A stretch of 63,845 nucleotides of DNA, the filler included, from Octopus bimaculoides (taxonomy: Eukaryota), in assembly GCF_001194135.2 (NCBI RefSeq). It is 7 parts of 7 records of this genome, joined end to end, with 100 filler letters (N's around TTAATTAATTAA, not from the genome) between each part and the next. Parts side by side here need not be neighbours in the genome. Positions count along the whole stretch, not along the records: positions 47,360 to 55,159 come from NC_068985.1; positions 55,260 to 60,075 come from NC_068983.1; positions 60,176 to 62,649 come from NW_026319990.1; positions 62,750 to 63,845 come from NC_068984.1; 3 more parts are not named here. One strand, 5' to 3'. Position 1 is the first letter of the stretch; every line of letters begins with the position of its first letter. Below are positions 52,905 through 63,845 of this stretch, piece by piece. The notes under the pieces were generated by a model. The model worked only from the letters and a program-made list of their open reading frames with translations, ran no database searches and was not told the DNA's origin. The position numbers and the translations under genes were made by a program.

Positions 52905-53560
52905 GTTACGGCCTGACATTCATAGTGGCCCTCTCAGACATGCCCTCAGCTGCTCGATAGCCACCCTTGCCAGCTATACATGTGGCGCAAAAGTCTCTCA
53001 GACAATACAAAATCCTGGAAATATTGCATATCTGCAACTGGAGTTGGACGCAATATACAAGTGGGCTGAGAACTATAGTATGCAGTTTAATGCAGGAAAA
53101 TTCCAAGCCCTGCGCTAATAGCACATAAAGTTGAACGACATGTAGACAGGATACACTGGCCCGGGAGAAATTGCAATCCCTGAACCAAAATCAGTGCCTG
53201 ACCTGGACATTGACATGAGCAATGATGCATCTTTCCAAGTGCGTATTACCGATTTGGTAATAGAATGCAGACGGTTAGCTGGATGGCTCCTCCGAACTTT
53301 CAGAACAAGAGAAAAGGAGACTCTGATGGTCTTTTGGAGAGCATACGTCCTCGGCCGCTTGGACAACTGCTCCCAACTATAGTCACATCAAAATATAAAA
53401 TTAACGGCAGAACTCGAAGCAATCTAGCGAAGCTACACATAGAAAATCGTCTCCATGCAACGTATGAGCTACTGGAGTGCACCATTGTATGGATAATTTA
53501 CTGTACGAGCCGAGACTCGTGCGAATTTTTGTCTTGGAGTACGAGCGGAAACCTGCAGTA
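52905..53560 (+). mobile_element. Decayed CR1/L2-like LINE RT fragment
   Basis: Degenerate SY(ADD)TKV; LQLELDAIYKWAENYSMQFNAGKFQALR; DLDIDMSNDASF...GWLLRTFRTREKETLMVFWRAYVLGRLDNCSQL. Confidence 0.85.
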
Positions 53561-53840
53561 TGAGCACACAAATCGTCCCATCTTTAAGGTAATTCAGTTA
53601 ATAAAATCAGTTTACGTATTTATTTTGCATTCTCTTTTTTACAATTGTCATTTCACTTGTAACTACACCATTTCTGTTTTAAAACCCATAAAAAATTATT
53701 TTTGTGTGGTTAAGTAAAATGACGATATAGAAAACTACATCGATTTGAAAAATTCTGAAAAAAAAAAAAAAAGAAATATGGCTAACTCAGCAGCGTTTAT
53801 TCGTAAACGTAGGCAAATAAATAAGGTTTTATTTAAAATA

Positions 53841-53940
53841 TCAGAACACTTCCACGTGGGTTCCATTGGTTGCACGCAGCACATCTAGACATCGAGACGA
53901 TAAACTGTGAAAGATGTAAAGATAATTTATGGACACCCTG
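53841..53940 (-). mobile_element. Small Tc1/mariner-superfamily remnant
   Basis: cagggtgtccataaa terminus followed by RCLDVLRATNGTHVEVF*, resembling the ..RLDVCRATNGAH.E C-terminus of some mariner-like transposases. Confidence 0.4.
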
Positions 53941-55259
53941 TGAAGAATACAAACAGAATTAAAATACTCTGTAGGTATAATTGAAGTGAGAAAAAAAAAT
54001 GATTTACTTGCTATAATTCTTTTCATATTTTTTCATCGACTCTTAGAGTTTCCTTCGGCTACGTTTCAGTTGTGTTTTAGTCCTCGTTAGTAAAGTATAC
54101 CATTCATAGTATTTACCAAAAGTGATGACGATGGAATCTCTAAGTAAATGCACAGAATTATACATTAACTGGCCTATGAAAACACTAGGAAATTGATGAT
54201 AGTGTGTGTCGGTAAAACTGAAGCAGAGAATTTTGTGAATTCAAGTAATTCCAAGGGGATATGAAACTAGAATATAAGAATATATGAATATATCCAAAAT
54301 TTCGAATTTGCTTGTAATAAAATTTAGTCATTTACAAAGTAAATATTCTAGACCTACGTGAAACTCTGAACTAATGTTAATATCAAATGAAAAGTTGTTA
54401 TATATAGAGATTGAAATAACACATCTACCTTTTATATTTTCGCGTCTAGTAGAAAAGAAAAAAAAAGCAGGAAATTTTCAGTCGGACTGCACTATGCTAT
54501 GGCAGCCGACAGAAAAAGTTTGAGGAAATATCATGGGCTAAAAATAAATAAGCAAACACAAGACCTAGCTATATAACGAACTAAAGCAGAATATTTTATG
54601 CCGTTGCTTGACTTGTGAAAAACAGCAGTTAAAATCACTCTCATATAGCACCTTCCTTCCTTAAGGAAATAAAGATTGTTCGGCAACGTAGTTCTTGACA
54701 TACAAAAATCGTGAAAAGCGTAGTGAGGGCACAAGGTGTATCTAAGTAAAATAAAAAAACACAAACACACACGCACGCGGGTAAACACAGTAATTTATGT
54801 ATGTATGCACGTATGTGTGTGTGCGTGTGTAAATAAAATATGCGTGTATGTATATTTGACTCTCAAGAGGAAAGGAACATGTACTCAATGCATATGGTAG
54901 AGATTAACTATACGAAGAGATTTACGAATAACTTGAATAAGGGAAAAGTCTCAATATCAAACACACTTCAAATATATTCATAATTCTATCTATTTATCTA
55001 TCTATCTATCTCCCCCCCCCTTCTCACTCTCTCGCTATATATAGTGAGTTAAAAAAAGAAAAACGCCAACAAAACACCCAAAAACAACAACGCGAAGACG
55101 TGATACAGATATTGTGTTACTGGACGCTCGGGGACACACACGCACACACACACACACACNNNNNNNNNNNNNNNNNNNNNNNNNNNNNNNNNNNNNNNNN
55201 NNNTTAATTAATTAANNNNNNNNNNNNNNNNNNNNNNNNNNNNNNNNNNNNNNNNNNNN

Positions 55260-55312
<53 letters not shown>

Positions 55313-55834
55313 AGTTCTTACTGTTAATGTCGTATACCATCAACAAACTGACGAGCGAGCACATGCACACACATTTGTATTTATACAATGTAAATGTGAA
55401 TACGTCGGTGCATACTTCTGTATACATACATACATACATACATACATACATACATAATACATACATACATATATACATGCATGCATGCATGCATACATAT
55501 GCATACACATATATACGCAACAACTGAGTATCCCGTCGTTGCCGAGTAACTTGCACAACAGAATGTCTTGGGCTGACTTTCGGAATAGCACACCCACATA
55601 AGCTGGATTTTCTGTCTTGACGGGGATTTTTCAAATTTTGTTTTCACCACAACCNNNNNNNNNNNNNNNNNNNNNNNNNNNNNNNNNNNNNNNNNNNNNN
55701 NNNNNNNNNNNNNNNNNNNNNNNNNNNNNNNNNNNNNCAAACCCCTCCTTCACTCAATACTGATTTTGGCCATTTTCTTTTTGTTCTATGCACTTAAAAA
55801 CGATAATGGAAGCCTTGAAAATAATAGCAATAGC

Positions 55835-55886
<52 letters not shown>

Positions 55887-56688
55887 TGGAAAGCGGCGAT
55901 CAACATTACAATCCCCACTTCCTTTATTAAACAGAAAATGAAAAGTAATTTAAAAACAGTAATGAAAGTTTAAAAAATATTTCATCAACCGCGCCCCTAA
56001 CTCTAAATTCTAAAATTTCGACTTTCTTTCGAAATTTTAAAAAAAATATGGACAGTCCGAATTTGCAATTTGTTTCTGTTTATAATTCCCAAGTAATTTT
56101 CAGACGAAGAGGAGTGTGACTTATTGGAGATTTAGCTATGGTTTCTTGCACATCCCACGACCACCTGGTACCTTTCTCGCTTCGTTGTCACTCTGACATT
56201 TATTAATGTTTTTCAATATTTTTCTTCCCAGAAACACATTTTATGGAATGATGATGCAGTGGTCCATTGCTGGGATATATGCAACATCAAAAAAGAAATT
56301 ATTTGTATTTTTAAGCCCGCATCCGGACCAAGTGAGTCCGTGTGTGTGTGTATGCGTGTGTGTGTTTGTGTGTGTAAGAAGAAACATTTATTAACGAAAA
56401 GTATGGTATTAAAAATAATTATCTCTTACTTTTTTAAAATCACCCTGTCGCCTTAATGAAATTCCTTACACACATACATACACACATATTGGCACGCACG
56501 CACACACGCACACGCACACGCACACGCACACACTCACACACACAAACTCAAAGTGAGCGATATACTTTCATAGATAGTGAGAGCGTGGAAAATACATATA
56601 GAGACGATGGATGTTTACCGTGAGAAAAATGAAAAGTGAAAGAGGGAGGGAGAGAGAGAGAGAGAGAGAAACAGAGAGATAGAGATAG

Positions 56689-56739
<51 letters not shown>

Positions 56740-58192
56740 GAGAGATAGAAATAAATAAAGAAAGATCATTTCTGCTGTCATAGATTTTGAAATTTTAAGA
56801 TTAACTGAAAAGTTTCAAATTTGGTGTATTAATGTATTTTTCATACTAAAAGNNNNNNNNNNNNNNNNNNNNNNNNNNNNNNNNNNNNNNNNNNNNNNNN
56901 NNNNNNNNNNNNNNNNNNNNNNNNNNNNNNNNNNNNNNNNNNNNNNNNNNNNNNNNNNNNNNNNNNNNNNNNNNNNNNNNNNNNNNNNNNNNNNNNNNNN
57001 NNNNNNNNNNNNNNNNNNNNNNNNNNNNNNNNNNNNNNNNNNNNNNNNNNNNNNNNNNNNNNNNNNNNNNNNNNNNNNNNNNNNNNNNNNNNNNNNNNNN
57101 NNNNNNNNNNNNNNNNNNNNNNNNNNNNNNNNNNNNNNNNNNNNNNNNNNNNNNNNNNNNNNNNNNNNNNNNNNNNNNNNNNNNNNNNNNNNNNNNNNNN
57201 NNNNNNNNNNNNNNNNNNNNNNNNNNNNNNNNNNNNNNNNNNNNNNNNNNNNNNNNNNNNNNNNNNNNNNNNNNNNNNNNNNNNNNNNNNNNNNNNNNNN
57301 NNNNNNNNNNNNNNNNNNNNNNNNNNNNNNNNNNNNNNNNNNNNNNNNNNNNNNNNNNNNNNNNNNNNNNNNNNNNNNNNNNNNNNNNNNNNNNNNNNNN
57401 NNNNNNNNNNNNNNNNNNNNNNNNNNNNNNNNNNNNNNNNNNNNNNNNNNNNNNNNNNNNNNNNNNNNNNNNNNNNNNNNNNNNNNNNNNNNNNNNNNNN
57501 NNNNNNNNNNNNNNNNNNNNNNNNNNNNNNNNNNNNNNNNNNNNNNNNNNNNNNNNNNNNNNNNNNNNNNNNNNNNNNNNNNNNNNNNNNNNNNNNNNNN
57601 NNNNNNNNNNNNNNNNNNNNNNNNNNNNNNNNNNNNNNNNNNNNNNATATATATATATATATATATATATTTCCGGAACATAAGGATACAGCCACTATTC
57701 ATCTCCAGATGGGGGGAAAAAAAAAAAACCACTTGTGTTTTCATTGATTTCAAACATTTTCAGCAGATCAGAGCTGACTTCCATTTTTCTATCTTTCAAA
57801 TCGGGTGTCAGCTGTTGCAGTACCCACTTTGTATCCACTATCCGATACCCAAAATCTTTCAGTGTCTTCTGTAATGCGAGGTGATCACAATCAAGTTGTG
57901 CAGCAAGCTCATCTGAGGACAGTGCAGAGGATTCGGAAAGAGTTGGGTGAATCTAATGGTGATTACGAAGGTATGGGAAATATATGTTAAAATGAAATGT
58001 CAGTGTTATTTTTGTTTTTGCGTAATTTAGATCACAATTTATTCACCGCATTAGTTAATGAAATGCTCACTTTTGCATTACTTGTAGGACAACACTCGCG
58101 TGTGCGTGTGTTTCTGTGTGTGTGTGTGTGTGTGTTTCTGTGTGTGTGTGTGTTTCTGTGTGTGTGTGTGTTTCTGTGTGTGTGTGTTTCTG

Positions 58193-58242
<50 letters not shown>

Positions 58243-58476
58243 CACGCGCGCGCGCCCGCCCGTATATGCATGTATGTACACACACATATATGTACGCACG
58301 CACACACACTAACACACACACTAACACACACACATATGACATTAGTAAATCATAAATCCGGTAGAGAAGCACACACTAAGCTATAGACCAGTAGGGTATT
58401 TAGAGAAAAGACCTTGTGGTTAGTTTTTAAACACTCAAAGGTGAAAGGTTAAACGCAAGGGATTGTTTCCCTCGGA

Positions 58477-59813
58477 CCACCAACCGGAATCCAATCAGTC
58501 AGCTTGCAGGTTCCAGGATTTCAGTTGGAATCGTCTGAAGTGTAATCAGCGTAAGAAGACTTCCATCCATGTGTATATATATATAAGATCTGGAAATTCA
58601 TCACACATGTTGTGACAATCTTGTTGCAGGGAAACATAGGGCTCACTTAAGGCTCGAGGCAGTTTTTTTAATATCCTCGCCTGTATGTACAACTTGTAAC
58701 GTTTGGTCCCCTTGATGTAGAGACCTGATTTTTCTTGGATCTTCCATGTGATTACATATAAAATCCCTTCGTCCTTCAGGTGCCACACGTAACTGGCGAG
58801 AGACGTGGCATAACGTCTCTTCCGAGATCCTAAACGAGGATTTGTGGTTGGACAGGCGCTGCTTGAAGGTGTTTTCGGAACATGCAATATATTTTCGAAT
58901 GCTGCTGCTGGCGTTACTGCTACTGTTGTTGTTGAGGCTGCTACTTCTACTGTTGTTGGAGCTGGTGTTGCCGGTGTTGGCATCGTTAATGCTGGTGTAG
59001 GGGACATCATAGGTGGCGAAGTTGGTATTGGCGCTGTTATTGTCGTTGTTGGTGTCTCCGTTTGTGCTGTTATAACCGTCATCATTGTTGGAGCTGTCAT
59101 GAGCGCTATAGTGGTGGTTGTTGTCATTGTTATTATTGCTATCATTATTAGCATTATCATTGGTGATGGTGCTGCTGCTATTTCTGCTAAAGTTGCTGCC
59201 GTTACTAATATTACTGCTATTCCTGTAACTGCCATAACTGTTGGAAAAGCCGCTGCTGCTATTAGGGCCAGATATCACCTCATCCTCGTATACGGCCTCC
59301 TTGGTTTCACATTGGTTTCCCACTGGGCATCTGCTGTAGTCCCTGCATGAGCATCCCACCTCCGCTCGTGGCCTAGGGGTGTTAATTAAAATATTCTTAA
59401 TATTAGGGGCGCAGCAAAAAGAGACTTTTAGGCTGTGTCTGTTGAATAGACGTCCGCACTTATGTGATTGTGTAAAGTACTTATCTACTAGCCTAAATAA
59501 TATCCTACCTACACACGTTTTACGTTGAGGGAGAAGGAGGGAGGGCAAACCAAATGATACTTCAGTGGAATTTACTTCAGCAGGTGTTAGGGCTAGCAGA
59601 TAGGGCCTCGTTATAGTAGGGGGCTACTGCGTCGAAAATTTCTTGGCTAGAGGACAGATTCAAGATCCTCTTGCTGACAGCCTTCACCGAGTTTCTGAAC
59701 ACGATGGATGGGTAGCAGGAGGGTGTGTTGATATATGCAAGAAAGCTTCGCGTTTGGCTTGGTCCCATGGACCTAAGGTGCTAATCAGATTTTTCGTAAA
59801 CCTATCTGTTGTA
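58477..59813 (-). mobile_element. 5'-truncated Penelope-like element (RT thumb/linker + GIY-YIG endonuclease), decayed
   Basis: YINTPSCYPSIVFRNSVKAVSKRILNLSSSQEIFDAVAPYYNEALSAS; LFNRHSLKVSFCCAPNIKNIL; CSCRDYSRCPVGNQCETKEAVY; KYIACSENTFKQRLSNHKSSFR; ATSLASYVWHLK. An 11-bp direct repeat tttccctcgga at 58466-58476 and 59814-59824 may be the TSD. Confidence 0.9.
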
Positions 59814-60814
59814 TTTCCCTCGGAAGACTCGCAAAGATAACACTACGAGTTGTACAATTTAATTATTACATTTATTATTCAATTACATACAAAGAACGCA
59901 CTCACCCAATGTTCGTTATGAATAAACAAAAGTCATGTCCGCCATATCTATCAATGACATTTTACTACGACAGTCACACAAGACAACAACAATGAAACAA
60001 TGAACTCAGACGAACCACATTGACACACGGAACGTCAGACGAATTACATATCTAACAGTCCATATAACACTATCTNNNNNNNNNNNNNNNNNNNNNNNNN
60101 NNNNNNNNNNNNNNNNNNNTTAATTAATTAANNNNNNNNNNNNNNNNNNNNNNNNNNNNNNNNNNNNNNNNNNNNCTCATACACACACCTGTTAACCAGG
60201 TCACTTGAAATAAACAGGCTCTTTTCCTTCGCTTCTTCTTGTCACCTTTCTACCACTTCGGCTAAGCGTTGCTGTGATTACGTGTGGAAGTGTGTGTATA
60301 TATGTGTATCATATGGCAAGACAGTCTGTGTTTATGTGTATATGCAAGGTGTGAAACACCTGTAGCTTGTTTTTTGATTAGATAGGTCGTGGACTTAGCA
60401 AAAATGAGTCTATTGTGTAATGTTTCTATGTATATGTGCATGTGTGTGTGATCTGTACAATTGAAATAATGCTAAAACAAGTTTCACTTCTCTCCTTTTA
60501 TACAATACGGTATATTTTCATAGATACAAGTATGGCTGTGCAATTAATAAATTCATTTTGGTACTGAGTTCAATTTATACTTGATAAAGAGCAAATGACT
60601 AGAAGAAAGCTTGTAGACTATTCTTCTAACTCAATCAATTACTTCGGTTAAATAATTCATTGAGAGTGAAATATGGCGGGCAGAAACTGAGCAGAAACTT
60701 GTCATATGTGTGTGTGTATAATTTTTGTCTGTGTATGCGTGCACGTGTATGTGTGTGTGTGTGTGTATACATATATATATATATATGTATACACATATAT
60801 AAATATATATACGC

Positions 60815-60870
<56 letters not shown>

Positions 60871-60887
60871 CTGCTAGAAATAACAGA

Positions 60888-61097
60888 CAAAACTCTTATC
60901 TAAATCGCCAAAATACACTGATAATAACTACGGAAATCTACCGTCCGAAGGCAAACGGGTTAAGACAATCTCCCAACATACATTCGAGTCCAAATACTTC
61001 AATGTATGTAGGGAGATTGTCTTAGCCCGTTTGCCTTCGGACGGTTGATTTCTGTGGTTATTATCAGTGTATTTTGGCGATTTAAATAAGAGTTTTG
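60888..61097. repeat. 210-bp foldback: 97-bp arms, 6 mismatches, 16-nt loop
   Basis: 60888-60984 is the reverse complement of 61001-61097. Confidence 0.95.
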
Positions 61098-61479
61098 AAT
61101 ATTTATGCATTCACAACAAACTTATTCTAGTTTCCGTCTACCAAATCTACTCACAATATTTTGGGCGGCCCAAGGTGTTACGCAGCGTGACTGAACCCGG
61201 ACTCGGGTGGTTGGGAAGCAAACTTCTTTATTTTATGAAATTGGCCATAAAGGCCTTACATAGAGGGAACAGCACAAGGTGGGGACAAAAAAAAAGGGAA
61301 AAGAATGAATTAATATAATGAAAGATGAAATGAAGCCGTTCGGCCTCCAAGCGACTTCATTGAACCTGTTAATACAACTTTTTTTGAAAACAATTTCTTA
61401 ATCAGTTTTTTTTTTTAATGTATATATTGTACTTTTTTAGAATGATCAATGCACCTTATCTATTCCAGCATTGTGCTGG

Positions 61480-62649
61480 TGTCTATTTCCTTGACCAATC
61501 ACTCGCAGTCCAGATTTTCCACATACTTATATAATCTCCACACGTACTCCGGGTCCGCCAGCACGCAGAGAATTTCTCAGGCAGACCCCCTTACTCCCGA
61601 TACATCCACCTTTACTACTCTGTCCCACGAGTCCACCTCATCGCACAGTTCTTCATTATGTCCATTATAGATTACTACATATTTTTCTTTACGGGGCAGG
61701 GTTGGGTAAGTTTGAGGCTGCTGTATGTTTCCACTTGTTTTTATGTCGGACAGGGCATGGAGAGTATTGGTGTCTGTAGAGAGTGGTTGGGTTAGAGTGG
61801 GTGTGATTGGGAGCCGGGTGAGTATGGGTTGGGGGTCATCCATTACCACATGTGCCCTCCTTCTCCTTTTTCTTCTCTTCTTCCACGCTATCTCCCAGCT
61901 GGCGTTTGTCTCCTCTTCCTCGATGCTAGTACTTGTCTTCGTCTGTAGTGCCATATCGCTTTCCTTTTCCTCCACGGGCTGTCGAGCACCTACCACTTTC
62001 TCACTCTCCTTAGCCTTTTCTAGTGGTGGAGGGTACTCCGCTCTAATGTAGCCCTTCAAGCCACATTTATAACACCGCAGAATCTTTCCCTCCACTCTCA
62101 CTTTCAACGTTGTATCTCCAACTATGATGTTCTCTACCATTTTTCCTATGTCTTCCTCCGCAACTTGTATCACCATTTCAAAGGTTTGTCCCTGCTAGTT
62201 CCTATGGGATGTTCTGGTGGCCCTGTAAAACCACTACCTTCTTCTCCATGCCCAGCAGTATGGCAGCCACCAGCCAGGCCACAAGCAATTCTGGTGGTAC
62301 GTCTTCTACCCTAACCCAGGAAGTACGTCTTCCAAGGTATACGGGTAGAAGCACCACTTCGTTTTCAATGGAGTGGCTGAGTGCAGTCTGGCAGTAGCTA
62401 TCTCCCTAGACTGCACCTCCACCTTTCTGTACTTTCGTCCCCTGGCAAGATAAGATATTTCCTGCCAGACTGGCCTTAACGCCTTTTCGACTTGTACCTC
62501 CGACACCACGTCTATTTTCCTTGTTGCCACCGCGTACGTTCTGTAGTCGATTGTTCTTTCTACTTTTGTGGGGGAACACTTTCAATCGTTCCCCTCACTT
62601 TCAAACAATTCCTTGAACTTGCTTAACTCCCCCAGACTTACGTCTTTAA
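61480..62649 (-). mobile_element. Decayed gag-like ORF1 of a Tx1/L1-type LINE
   Basis: Frameshifted ORF with LRCYKCGLKGYIRAEY (degenerate CX2CX4HX4C knuckle) after an RRM-like region, then a basic KKRRKRRRR stretch; GC-rich relative to the flanks; cut by a gap. Confidence 0.6.
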
Positions 62650-62749
62650 NNNNNNNNNNNNNNNNNNNNNNNNNNNNNNNNNNNNNNNNNNNNTTAATTA
62701 ATTAANNNNNNNNNNNNNNNNNNNNNNNNNNNNNNNNNNNNNNNNNNNN

Positions 62750-63845
62750 ATACGCAAAATCACACACACACCAATACAATGCAAACCTCCGACACGAACA
62801 CACTTACACACATATACACACACACACACATAATCACAATATCTCCACACTAGAGCACACACCCACATACATTTCAAGAAAAATCACATGCATATATACA
62901 CTTACAATACAATTGTAGCAACCACAACCAACACCCATACACACATACGTAAACAGTTACATGCACACACCTACACACCACTCCGTCAACCACAAATCAT
63001 ATTCACAGATGAATATTTGCATACATATGTACACACACATACAAACACCATAAGCCTGTTCCCCAGTAAAAATGTCACACACACACTCAAAAGAAAAACA
63101 CACACAATACAATCCCAACAAACACTCACAAGCACACATGCACAGAAGCATGCACACACAATGACACACCTCTCCGACAAATACAAGTCACATACACGCA
63201 CTCACACAAACACACCCACACGTATACACACACATACTGCACTAACAATACAAACAAAACTAATCACTCACAATTACAGCGCACACACACATGTACACAT
63301 ATACACCAGGAAACTACATAAACCATACCCACATACACACATACAAACGCATACCCAGTACCAACATACACGGAACACACATGCACACACATACACATCA
63401 CCTGGATAAACCCAACGTACAAGGACACCTGATAAATACAACACACACGTACATATGAATCATCACACACACATACGGTTGCATACACACACGTACACAC
63501 ACCACAAGGGTATTTAAAACAACACACTCACTCAGACAGAGAGACACACACACACTCACGTACACACACACTCCCACACTCACACAAAACACTCCCACGC
63601 ACACACACAGATGCACACATACATACACACAGAGACGCACACATATTTACACACCCTCACACATACATACGTTTGCTCTCTCACACACACACACCAAAAG
63701 GACGATTAAAACAACACATACATACTCAGAAAAATAGATATACGCACACCCTCACGTACACACACCTAACATCCCCACCGACACAAAAAACACACAAACA
63801 CACATACACACGCACTCACGCACACACACGAACAAACACATATAC
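62750..63845. repeat. Degenerate (CA)-rich low-complexity tract
   Basis: Directly visible; H/T-rich ORFs only. Confidence 0.9.

Noticed and set aside
55515-55654. Helitron-like 5' end (caactgagtatcccgtcgttgccgag)
   Set aside because: Cut by a gap, with no 3' hairpin/CTAG end to confirm it
58844-59350. Hydrophobic 168-aa plus-strand ORF resembling a membrane protein
   Set aside because: Antisense reading of the triplet-rich insert in the Penelope element

Overview
AT-rich, gap-ridden eukaryotic genomic DNA dense in microsatellites and transposon relics. The SINE families and repeat load suggest an octopus (coleoid cephalopod) assembly; this is recognition from memory, not a search. No complete protein-coding gene, rRNA, true tRNA or CRISPR array is supportable, and most ORFs in the track are microsatellite, N-gap or decayed-triplet artefacts. 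Recognisable content: Tc1/mariner relics and MITEs; several R4/Dong-like REL-endonuclease LINE fragments that appear to fall into two microsatellite target classes, (TAA)n and (ACAT)n; RTE, CR1/L2-like and Tx1-like LINE pieces; a Penelope-like element with an in-frame low-complexity insert in its GIY-YIG domain; tRNA-derived SINEs (one nested, with TSD); a cluster of a discrete ~550-bp non-coding repeat with a 29-bp terminal minisatellite; a 210-bp foldback; an interstitial TTAGGG tract; and two possibly paralogous minus-strand orphan exons sharing a QQHG...AT..G.LV...[FY]KC pattern. Six 100-bp gaps carry a TTAATTAATTAA linker, so order and orientation across them are not guaranteed.
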